The notes under the pieces: generated by a model
Told to the model about the DNA's origin: nothing
Database searches by the model: none
What the model saw: the letters and a program-made list of their open reading frames with translations, nothing else
Translations under genes and position numbers: made by a program
Part shown: in pieces, positions 11,312-21,016 of the stretch
How positions within the stretch are numbered: position 1 is the stretch's first letter
Layout of the letters: the number at the start of each line of letters is the position of its first letter
NCBI RefSeq assembly: GCF_006345805.1
Contig: NW_021823657.1
Span: 1 to 22,170 of the forward strand
Length of the DNA: 22,170 nt
Source of the DNA: Octopus sinensis
Lineage: Eukaryota
Direction of reading: 5' to 3'

Positions 11312-11560
11312 ATTATTATTATTATTATTATTGTCTTGTCCCTTTATGTAATCATGCGTGTTAGCCCTTGTGGCCAATAAAAGAGAATTGATTATTATTA
11401 TTATTATTATTATTGTTATTATTATTTCATTCTTCTTTTTCAAATTTTCTTCCGTTTCTCGCCGGGTGTTTTCCGTACACCTAGGGTAGAGAAGCTCATT
11501 GCAAGCATTCCCAAATTACACACACAGGTATTATTATCATTATTATTATTAATATTATTA

Positions 11561-11595
<35 letters not shown>

Positions 11596-11596
<1 letters not shown>

Positions 11597-11798
11597 GACG
11601 ATGAGCTGGCAAAAACGTTAACACGCAGAGGCAAAATGCATAGCGGCATTTTGTCCGTCTTTACGATCAGAAGTCAAAGTCCACTTAACCTTTCATCCTT
11701 TCGGGGTCAATAAATTAAGTACCAGTCAAGCACTGGAGACGTTGTAATCGAATATCATGTCCCCAAAAAATTCAGGCCATGTACCTAGAGTAGAAAGG
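11596..11798 (+). mobile_element. tRNA-derived SINE family B with (ATT)n tail
   Basis: gacgatgagctggcaaaaacgttaacacgc...aataaattaagtaccagt...aatcga...aggccatgtacctagagtagaaagg followed by attattatt. Homologous to 10324-10531. Confidence 0.85.
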
Positions 11799-11814
11799 AT
11801 TATTATTATTATTA

Positions 11815-11859
<45 letters not shown>

Positions 11860-12320
11860 CATTATTATTAGTAGTAGTAGAGTAGCAGTACTGTTGTCCT
11901 CGTGGTTGCTGTTCTTTCCGTTTCTATAAAGTGTTACTTTAATTTAACATCATCTCTTTATTGCTGTTTGTTTTTAATATCGAGCGTACACATTTTACTA
12001 GATATAAATCTACATTCACCCACCCAGACCCCATGCCACTGCATCTTGGTTTTTGTTGCTGTCTTTCGAGTATTCATAGTTAGCCTTTGTACCGTCCCCA
12101 AAGTCTTGGACCACTTGTGGCAGATAAAAAGAAATCATTTTTTTTTTTACTAGTAGTAGCATGAGTAATTGAAAAACTATTTACACTTTTATCGTTACGT
12201 TTTCAGTTAGCGTAAAACCGACTTCACATCCTTACTCCCCTAAGAAAAAACTTTTGTTTTTAAAACCCCAGCTTTGTAATGTCCATCAATTCCCCGTCCT
12301 TTGTGGCTAATAAAAGAAAT

Positions 12321-12331
12321 AACTATTACTA

Positions 12332-12375
<44 letters not shown>

Positions 12376-12383
12376 GTTATTAC

Positions 12384-12414
<31 letters not shown>

Positions 12415-12536
12415 ATTATTATTATTATTATTATCATTATTATTATTATTATTATCATTATTATTATTATTATTATCATCATCATCATCATCATCATTAT
12501 CATCATCATCATTCTTATTTTTATCATTATTATCAA

Positions 12537-12569
<33 letters not shown>

Positions 12570-12586
12570 CATCATCATCATTATTA
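12321..12586. repeat. (ATT)n/(ATC)n microsatellite
   Basis: Seen directly. It explains the poly-Ile/Tyr/Asn ORFs. Confidence 0.97.
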
Positions 12587-13312
12587 ACGAAGCACCCATA
12601 TATGAATAAATGAAGAACAAAGGAAGACAAGAGCTATTATTGCTTTTATTATATTTTATTGTATTTTTATTTTAAAATCAATATGAATAGAAAACATTAG
12701 AATCTTTATAGTTATAATTGTTTGTTCTAGGTCTTCAGTTTAATATTATCATTATTATCATTATTATTTTTGATGTTGTTGTGGCTGTTATTGTTATTTT
12801 TGCTGTTCATGTTATACATCAGTCGGTTCTAAGTAAAGACCAGAGGCTTGATGTGTAAGATGTGATAGTTAAGACATATTAAATATGGTTATTTACAAAG
12901 TTTGTTGTATGATTGTAGCTATAGTTTGTCAGAGAAGTTATATATATTTTCACTAATTTATTGTTTCTTAACTCGAGTAAAAAAATATTTTACGTGTGTT
13001 TCAATATGTGTGTGTTACTGTACACGTATGTGCTTTCATATGTGCTTTCATGTATGCTTACACATACATACACAAACACATGTATATGTATAGAAAGAAA
13101 AAGAAAATGGAATACACGATACATTTTTATTTTATTTTCTTGTTTTCATAAGATATAAAGTCTATGGACACGAAATAATTCTTGAAGAAAAAATTCAGTG
13201 ATACTTGTATACTTACTGTTGATGATATCAGGTAGCCGAAATCAGTGCACGGGATTTAATTGACATTCTACAAAGTGCATGCACCAATTGAAAACTTTAT
13301 GTATATATATAA

Positions 13313-13369
<57 letters not shown>

Positions 13370-13634
13370 GAATAATATATAAATAAATATATATAAAAAT
13401 TAACCTTTAAATGTAGTTTTTGAATGTGCTGGCCATTGATAAAAAGTTTTTCTCGAAAATAATTTCATCCTACATTAGTTATATATATATATATATTTGT
13501 GTGTGTGTATACACACGTATATATATGGTGCGGTATCTTTATATATTTATACATGTAAATGCATACTTGTGCACACAGACACGCACGCACTCACACACAC
13601 ACGCACACACATACATACGCGGATATATATATAT

Positions 13635-13709
13635 AAACTGTCCGACGAACGGGAATGTGAAACTCAGAATAACAGGTTTTGTTGAATTTTGTGCTGCTTT
13701 TAAATAAAG

Positions 13710-13710
<1 letters not shown>
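13635..13710 (+). mobile_element. Short (TA)n-embedded repeat carrying a hammerhead-like fold (second copy at 19868-19987, opposite strand)
   Basis: About 90% identical (6 substitutions and 1 indel over ~69 nt by my alignment) to the reverse complement of 19868-19935. Confidence 0.8.
13638..13675 (+). ncRNA. Type I hammerhead-ribozyme-like motif, U4C core variant, degenerate copy
   Basis: CTGT | CCGACGA | ACG-GGAA-TGT | GAAA | CTCAGA-ATA | ACAG. Stem I is CTGT/ACAG and stem II has a GNRA loop. In stem III one G>A change breaks the C15.2 pair. Confidence 0.55.
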
Positions 13711-13775
<65 letters not shown>

Positions 13776-13842
13776 AGAGAGAGAGAGGAAGTTCACGAAA
13801 AACAAAAGTCGAAGACAGGTGGTATACAAAACAATAGATAGA

Positions 13843-13942
13843 TACATACATACATACATACATACATACATACATACATACATACATACATACATACATA
13901 CATACATACATACATACATACATACATACATACATACATACA
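13843..13942. repeat. (ATAC)n microsatellite
   Basis: About 25 perfect units. Confidence 0.97.
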
Positions 13943-14302
13943 TGCATTCATGTATGTATGGCAGAACTGATAGTGAAAACTTCCATTTCTTCTCTTATAT
14001 GTGTATTTCAATGACCCTCACGAAGATATTCTCAAATATATAACAACCACATATTTAAATTTGAGTATTAAATGAATCGAGTTAAACGTGATCTGAAGGT
14101 TATTTTATCGTTCGTTCTTGATTAAATTACTTGAATATTAGTTTCCATTACAAAAATCGGGGTCAGTCCCAGAGGGGGCATGTCAAGCACATCGACAAAA
14201 GAACTGAGACAAAACTAGCTGATTGACTGACAGACCAAACGATGAAACAAACAAACGATTAATTAATGAGTTAAATGGCTAATTAGTTCACTAATGATAA
14301 TA

Positions 14303-14414
14303 CTAATAATAATAATAATAATAATAAAATAATAATAATGATGATGATGATGATATAATAATAATAATAATAATAAAATAATAATAATAATAATAATATT
14401 AATAATATAATAAT

Positions 14415-14450
<36 letters not shown>

Positions 14451-14716
14451 TATAATAATAATATTATAATAAAAATAATAATAATAATAATAATAATGAT
14501 AATAATATGATAATAATAATATTAATAATAATAATAATATAATAATAATTATAATATTAATAATAAAATAATAATAATAAAAATAATAATAATAATGATA
14601 ATAATAATAATAATAATATTAATAATAATAATAAGATAATAATAATAATATATAATAATAATAATAATATTAATAATAATAATAATATTAATAATAATAA
14701 TAAAAATAATAATAAT

Positions 14717-14754
<38 letters not shown>

Positions 14755-14799
14755 GAATAATGATAATAATAATAATAATTATAATAACAATAACAATAA
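14303..14799. repeat. Long imperfect (AAT)n microsatellite (~500 bp)
   Basis: Seen directly. Confidence 0.97.
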
Positions 14800-15025
14800 A
14801 GGTCGTCTGTTCTTATCTGCATAATGGCACTCCCAAGGCAAACCAGAATTACCATTTCTTTGAATTATCATGCGTACACACAGTTTAAAATTAAGCACTC
14901 AAACACACACACACACACTATGGTTTCCATGCCAAACTGAGTGTCAACGGAATTCATTTACTGTAAATGTCATTGTGACTTTTGTTGCTTTGGTTTTTAT
15001 TTGTTATTTTCGAGTTGCTGATATA

Positions 15026-15406
15026 TCTCTCTCTATATAAACGGCAGATTGTCTGTGCGTGTTTCTGTGTGTCTGTTTGCTTGTACCCTCACCCTGACCA
15101 CGGCTTTCAACCGATTCTGATGAAACTTGACACACACATAGCCCAATGTCATAATTCAAAACTAACGCAGCGAACATTTTGAAAAGTTCCCCCAGTTCTG
15201 AAAAAAATCGATAAATTCGACATGGGGTCCAGAATCAGAAACACAAACCGCAAACTGTCTAGGGGACGCAACTCCACCTTTTTTAACTAAAAAAAATTTA
15301 CCATCATTTTTTTCCATTTTTTTGCTATTTTTTGGCTATAACTCTCTAAAAATGCTTTATAGTTATTTCCCTTACAAACCTGAGCAACGCCGGGCGATAC
15401 TGCTAG
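15026..15406 (+). mobile_element. Non-autonomous Helitron (381 bp)
   Basis: Flanked A|TC...CTAG|T, the canonical Helitron ends at an AT target. The 5' end is tctctctctatataaa. A GC-rich hairpin CCTG-A-GC-AAC-GC-CGGG (15379-15394) ends 12 nt before the terminus. An internal gtctgt-type repeat and caaccgattctgatgaaactt are typical of such elements. Confidence 0.85.
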
Positions 15407-15445
<39 letters not shown>

Positions 15446-15447
15446 GC

Positions 15448-15647
15448 TTTTACTCTCTTACTTGTTTCAGTCATTTGACTGCGGCCATGCCGCAGCACCG
15501 CCTTTAGTCGAGCGAATCGACCCCAGGACATTCTTTGTAAGCGTAGTACGTGTTCTATCAGTCTCTTTCGCTGAACAGCTAAGTTACGGGAATGTAAACA
15601 CACTAGCATCAGTTGTCAAGCGAAGTTGGGGGAGGACACAGACACAT

Positions 15648-15742
<95 letters not shown>

Positions 15743-15908
15743 CATATACATATTTACGACGTGCTTCTTTCAGTTTCCGCCTACCAAATCCACTCACAAG
15801 TCTGGTCGGCCCGAGGCTATAGTAGAAGATACTTGCCCAAGATACCACGACTGACCTCAGAACCATGTGGTTGGTAAGCAAACTACTTACCACACAGCCA
15901 TTCCTGTA
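15448..15908 (-). mobile_element. SINE family A, full length
   Basis: Reverse complement of 2346-2785, including the A-box end (accacacagcca) and a central CA/TA microsatellite. Confidence 0.9.
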
Positions 15909-16690
15909 TACATATATATATATTGTTTATCAATCACTTTGAGCGAAACGTTATGTTATGGGTGTAGAATCAAACAAGCACCAGTTGTAAAATGGTGTTC
16001 GGCGACAGTCAGAGATACGAAATGTCACAAGCGTGCCCGCGCGCGCACATACCCATACAAATATATACACACATATGTGTTCTAAGCTGCGACCCTGACT
16101 TTCGTCAGAAAATATCTTCATTCCAGTATCAAGGCCTTGATAAGAGGTGAAGACGATTGCCGTGGATGATCAAAATGTTACCTGTAACACATTGCGCTCT
16201 GTAATTCACAATGCTTTGCAGCACCTGTCTTTTTGTCAGTTTATCCATGAAGATTTCTTCCGAAGCGGTCGCCAAATCCAGTCTTCACATGCGTATATAC
16301 GTAGGCGAGCACTAACTCACCAAGTATTATATAATCGATAGCTTGCCTGATTTGATTTAGTTCGTCATTCGAGGCGACTTAAAGGGATGTGATCACACAG
16401 TTGCATTGTAAATTGCTACAGGTGAACTACGGGTGAGAACAGGGTGGAGATCAAAGGGAAGGGACAACCCTTCAGAAGTGTTCCGCCTTCAAAATTACTG
16501 CCAATACACACTTAAATACAAACACGCGCACACACAGAAACACACTCACACAGATGCCCACGCACGCACAAACAGACACACGCATATACACACACGCACA
16601 TTCACACACACGCACGCACATGCATAATCACACATTCACATGCATAATAACACACGCACACACTCGCGCACGTACACACACACACATACA

Positions 16691-17262
16691 TTGGGTTGTT
16701 ACATAAATTTGTCGTTTCTTTTCAATGATATTTGAATTAAACCAGAAAAATACTTTTAGCGTCGTGTTTCAGGTTTTTTGCGGTTCACTTCTTTCTCTAC
16801 AATTTTTGTCTATCGTGTTGAGATTTGCATAAATCTTACCTATTTTCAGACATATGAAGGTGGAGTACCGTGAAGAGAAAGTAAACGTATTCGAAACCTG
16901 CTTCTGCTAGTTTTCAATCGAGATTCCAAATCAGTCAAATATTTGGAATAAAAGAACTTCACAGAAATTGTTCTCAAGCTTCACAGAGGGCAAATAATCT
17001 GTATTTATTTGGATTACGAAGAGCCAATCCTGTCCAAAATGCTTTCAAAGAACCACATACTCAAAGCAGGGCTTTACGTTCAGTAGATGCACTGGATCTA
17101 CGAAGGAATCCAGATGAAACAACCCGCCCATAGGCACTAGCATGCTTTTTTTTCGAATCGACAACGCTCGCCCTCAAGTGGCTAATTGAACCGAAAATGC
17201 TATTCAATTTGTCGGTCGAGACTTACTACGTTACCCACTGTATTCTCCTGATATGATAACTA
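16691..17262 (+). mobile_element. Second mariner relic, heavily deleted: left TIR plus transposase remnants
   Basis: The TIR-like ttgggttgttacataaa resembles the reverse complement of the 4173 end (ttgggtcatcccataaa). N-terminal KRIRNLLLLVFNRDSK starts at 16883. Also LKAGLY..W.YEGI, DNARPQVA (17160-17183) and LLRYPLYSPDM (YSPD 17241-17252). No right TIR is seen. Confidence 0.75.
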
Positions 17263-18166
17263 GAAATTACACTGTATTACAATGTTATTAATTGTTTTTG
17301 TCTTTGGTCATTAAGTGTTATTTCGTATTTGCTTCTGTCTAGAAATCAAAGAAAATGACTGCTATTCCCTTCAAACTTTGGTTTTTGATCTGGATATCAA
17401 TGTTTCAAAACTGACGTATTTTCTATTACATTTAAGACCGATTCAACGCTGAGTCGCCGAAGCAGAAATATCATTATAGCAAATATTCTGCTCAATAACA
17501 TAGATTTGCTTGTCGCTTTATCCTTAACCACTTGATCATGTCCCTTAGCAGCTGACATTATGCGTGTCTCTCATCATGAGGAATGGTGGAGGAGCATCAT
17601 AGCCATGTGATCGGAGAGATTCTTTGGGGTTTAAATAAATGCTACAAAATGAAAGTTTGAAGGAAACACTAGCCAATTTTTCATATGTTTTAGGAGGAAG
17701 CAAATGGGAAATAGCAGTTACTACCCAAGGACGAGAAATAATGTCACACAGTGTTTTCGTCTATTTCGGTTGCTCTCCAACGGTCTGTGATGTGTTTGGT
17801 TCAACAAAAACATGGCGCACAAAATAAAGCTCAATGAATTCTTTGATTAAGACACACTGATTTCTGCACTCGTGGCGTTCACAAGATTGCTAATGTTGGC
17901 AAGAAGTCTTGAACAATAACGGAAAATGTATGATTGATTGATTTGTTAGGATCGTTAAGGGAAAAATATGAATAAAATAAATGAAAAAAAGAGCCAGGAA
18001 TCTACCTCACAGCCTAATAAGTATTTATGTATATGTATGCATATATGTATGTAATTATTCGGTTTTATTTCAAGGTTTCTTGCCAACAAAGAAAGAATTA
18101 GTTTCTAACTCAAATCCAAGGCTCCTCCATTGGAATTTAAACAACATATCAAGCTCGAACTTTTAT

Positions 18167-18278
18167 AGGCGTAGGAGAGGCTGTGTGGTAAATAACTTGA
18201 GTAGCAACCACATAGTTCCGTGTTCATTCCCACTGCGTGGCACCTTGGGCAAGTGTCTTCTACTATAGCCTCGGGCCA
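18167..18278 (+). mobile_element. SINE family A, 5' part only
   Basis: aggcgtaggagaggctgtgtggtaa...cccactgcgtggcaccttgggcaagtgtcttctactatagcctcgggcc matches 2346-2460. Confidence 0.9.
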
Positions 18279-18346
18279 ACACTTGCCCAAGGTACCAAGC
18301 AATGATACAGAACCAAGATCCTGTGTGACACAGAACCAGCCTGCAT
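18279..18346 (-). mobile_element. SINE family A, 5' part only, inverted against 18167-18278
   Basis: acacttgcccaaggtaccaagcaatg...gaacc...cctgcat is the reverse complement of a diverged head. Confidence 0.75.
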
Positions 18347-18380
18347 ATATATATACATACATACATACATGCATATATTT

Positions 18381-18821
18381 ATAAAGTGGATGGTATGTTG
18401 TCACCTTAATGTGACAGTGCCATGAAAGGGAGGAATGTTATTGCTATGTTGCCCTAGGAAAGACCGTTTTCTGTTGGCCTTGACAACAAAGGGAGATAAG
18501 CACCTCCACCCAGCAAAGCCAGCATTTAGAGACTAGTTTCAGAGTCATTGCTCATCATCAGTTTGGAATAGCTGGCGATGCCTATTCGCCTTTGAAAACA
18601 TATATATTTCATGTGAAATACATTCACTGATTTCGAAAATAGAAATATTACATTTCTAAATATCTCTGAGGGATTTATACAATAGCAACACGATAAACAT
18701 AAGGACACAGGAAATCTATCAAGGCCAACAGGAAACGGTGTTTCCTAGGGCTAAATAGCAGTAACATTCTTCGCTTTCACGGGAACTTTCACATTAAGTT
18801 TACGATATACCATCACTTTAT
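18381..18821. mobile_element. Foldback/MITE-like element with long imperfect inverted repeats
   Basis: 18405-18483 versus the reverse complement of 18719-18798 is ~86% identical (10 substitutions and 1 indel over 80 nt by my alignment). Similarity extends outward to ataaagtg(g)atggtat. No TSD was identified. Confidence 0.75.
18526..18566 (-). ncRNA. Degenerate minimal hammerhead-like motif
   Basis: The - strand reads CTGATGA T-GAG-CAATGA-CTC-T GAAA C-TA-GTC, with a palindromic stem III (ACTAGT) and a GUC triplet. Stem I is poorly paired. Confidence 0.4.
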
Positions 18822-19244
18822 CGTCCTGCTACTGCATAAATCTCTCATGGATGTAGATATAAAGTTAGTAATGGGAGCATGTGTGCGTGTGTGTGAGTAC
18901 ATGTTTATGTGTGTGTGAGTGTGTGTGTGTATACAAATAGTGTAGGTATTGTATTATAATCGCTGATAGTGTTATCAAACTGTTCTTCAATTCAAATTGA
19001 TATAGTTTTAGTAGGGTTCCACGGATGCAAATGAATTTTTTTATATCTGCTTAATGTCATCAGCCGTATATTCTTATCTGGTCCATCTAAGTCAAGATCT
19101 TTAATCTCAATATTCATCAATCACTGAATGTTTATATAAATAAATGGTTCACAAACAAGCACACACACATATTAATATACATAAACACACACACACACAC
19201 ACACATACTAATGTACATTAACACATACACAAGCACAATCACAG

Positions 19245-19277
<33 letters not shown>

Positions 19278-19832
19278 TTTTATAGTGAGCTGAGAGTGAA
19301 ATCTTAGAAATGTGAGTGATATAGTGAGTTGCCTCATAGCTGTGAACCTTATACTCATATGGGTTTGTTTGAGAGTATGTGCGTGCACGTGTGAGTAGGT
19401 GTGTGCGCAGGTGCATTCGATTCAGTTCTTAGAATATGGTAGACACTGCTACTAGTGTCAATTCTTCTTTTAGCCGGTATGTTTAGTGGAATTTCTCATT
19501 TCTCTTGGGGAATATGAGGAAAAAAAGTGCACGCGTTTGCAGTGTTTAATGAAGATAACGACTTTTGTTGATCATCTTCACAATATACACATAAGCACGT
19601 GTAAATATATATGGAGAGACAGAGAGAGTGTGTGAGAGAGAGAGAGAGAGAGAAACAGATAGATAGATAGATAGATAGATAGATTGATAGATAGTAACAT
19701 CGTCCTATGAAGGACTACCATGTTGCTTTGACAAATAGATTATATTTATATGAATATATGCATATATATCTTTGTGAGTGTATGCGTTTGTATATATGGG
19801 TATGCATACACACATACACATCTACACATACA

Positions 19833-19867
<35 letters not shown>

Positions 19868-19869
<2 letters not shown>

Positions 19870-19984
19870 TTTATTTAAAGCAGCAGAAAATTCAACAAAA
19901 CCTGTTACTCTGTGTCTCACGTTCACGTTCGTCGGTATTTGAGTACTCTTTTTCCACCTTGTTTCACATTTATGTGTTTACTCC

Positions 19985-19987
<3 letters not shown>
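19868..19987 (-). mobile_element. Second copy of the (TA)n-embedded hammerhead-bearing repeat
   Basis: Homologous to 13635-13710. The - strand reads CCGACGA ACG-TGAA-CGT GAGA CACAGA-GTA ACAG, with (TA)n on both sides. Confidence 0.8.
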
Positions 19988-20056
<69 letters not shown>

Positions 20057-20083
20057 TGTTTCTTTGTTGGCCACACAGTGCCG

Positions 20084-20095
20084 GATAGATAGATA

Positions 20096-20156
<61 letters not shown>

Positions 20157-20172
20157 CAGATAGATAGATAGA
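20084..20172. repeat. (GATA)n microsatellite preceded by a 25-bp copy of the 861-array terminus (20054-20078)
   Basis: atatgtttctttgttggccacacag matches atatgtttctttattagccacacag. Confidence 0.85.
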
Positions 20173-20204
20173 TGCAATGAAAGAGCGGGAGAGAAGAGAG
20201 ACCA

Positions 20205-20242
<38 letters not shown>

Positions 20243-20805
20243 GCAGAGATGTTTGCGGGTATGTGTGAATACTGAAAATAAGTATTTGCTTGTGAACAAT
20301 ATGTGTGTGGAGAATATAATACTTATATAATAAACTACATTCTACAAAGTGCAGAGTTATCTTATTCGCAACACAAAACGATGCATTGTGTAGGTATATA
20401 TATATTTATCATTTGAAAATTTTACAGTCTACACTTTTCCTGCCCGAGGCTGCGCTGGTCTCGACAAAGTCTTCAACAGGTCAGCCTGGGGCGAACCTCC
20501 GAATAGAATTAGCAAAACTATACATACAGATAGTTATACACACACACCTTTGTATACATTAACCCGCGAACACAGGAGCGTGTGTATGTGCGTATAAATG
20601 TGTGTGTGTGTTATCGTGTCAAAGTTAACTGCTTTCTTGTATATGTGTGTGCGTGTGTGTGTATGAATAAGATTATGATGTTCTTATGTAGACATTCATA
20701 TATACAAACAGACATTAATGCGTAAGTAAACAAATATAATCATACATACATGCATACATACATACATACATACATACATACATACATACCATACATAATT
20801 GCATG

Positions 20806-20836
<31 letters not shown>

Positions 20837-20854
20837 GATATATATATATATATA

Positions 20855-20899
20855 TATAAAATATTATTAGAGACAATTTGTCTCTAATAATATTTTATA
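20855..20899. repeat. Perfect 22-bp-arm inverted repeat with 1-nt spacer
   Basis: tataaaatattattagagacaa-t-ttgtctctaataatattttata. Confidence 0.95.
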
Positions 20900-21016
20900 A
20901 TATTTTACTATAAAATTGGATTTAATCCTAAATCTGATTTTTTCCCTGTAAATTGGATTTATTCCCTAATATTTATATATATATATATATTATATATATA
21001 ATATATATATATATAT

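Noticed and set aside
11902-12153. IVSLCTVPKVLDHL resembling the R4 endonuclease tail (IGALGTVPK)
   Set aside because: It is on the wrong strand relative to the R4 fragments and overlaps the non-coding 3'-terminal motif, so it is probably chance.
15117-15165. CTGATGA inside the Helitron as a hammerhead (also 10377, 10008, 11074, 12733, 19059, 21100)
   Set aside because: None has a stem II followed by GAAA and a pairable NUH site.
16095-16142. CTGACGA on the - strand (CTGAC-GAAA-GTCAG hairpin) and the 16-bp palindrome TATCAAGGCCTTGATA
   Set aside because: No stem II plus GAAA follows the core. A 5-bp hairpin and an 8-bp-arm palindrome are expected by chance in 22 kb.
17440-18155. Segments 17440-17640 and 18060-18155 look like octopus interspersed repeats I recall
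   Set aside because: Single copy within the window with no diagnostic ends, so they cannot be supported without a library search.
18990-19120. - strand small ORF MNIEIKDLDLDGPDKNIRLMTLSRYKKIHLHPWNPTKTISI
   Set aside because: Only 41 codons, no recognisable motif, and an in-frame TGA immediately after the nearest acceptor.
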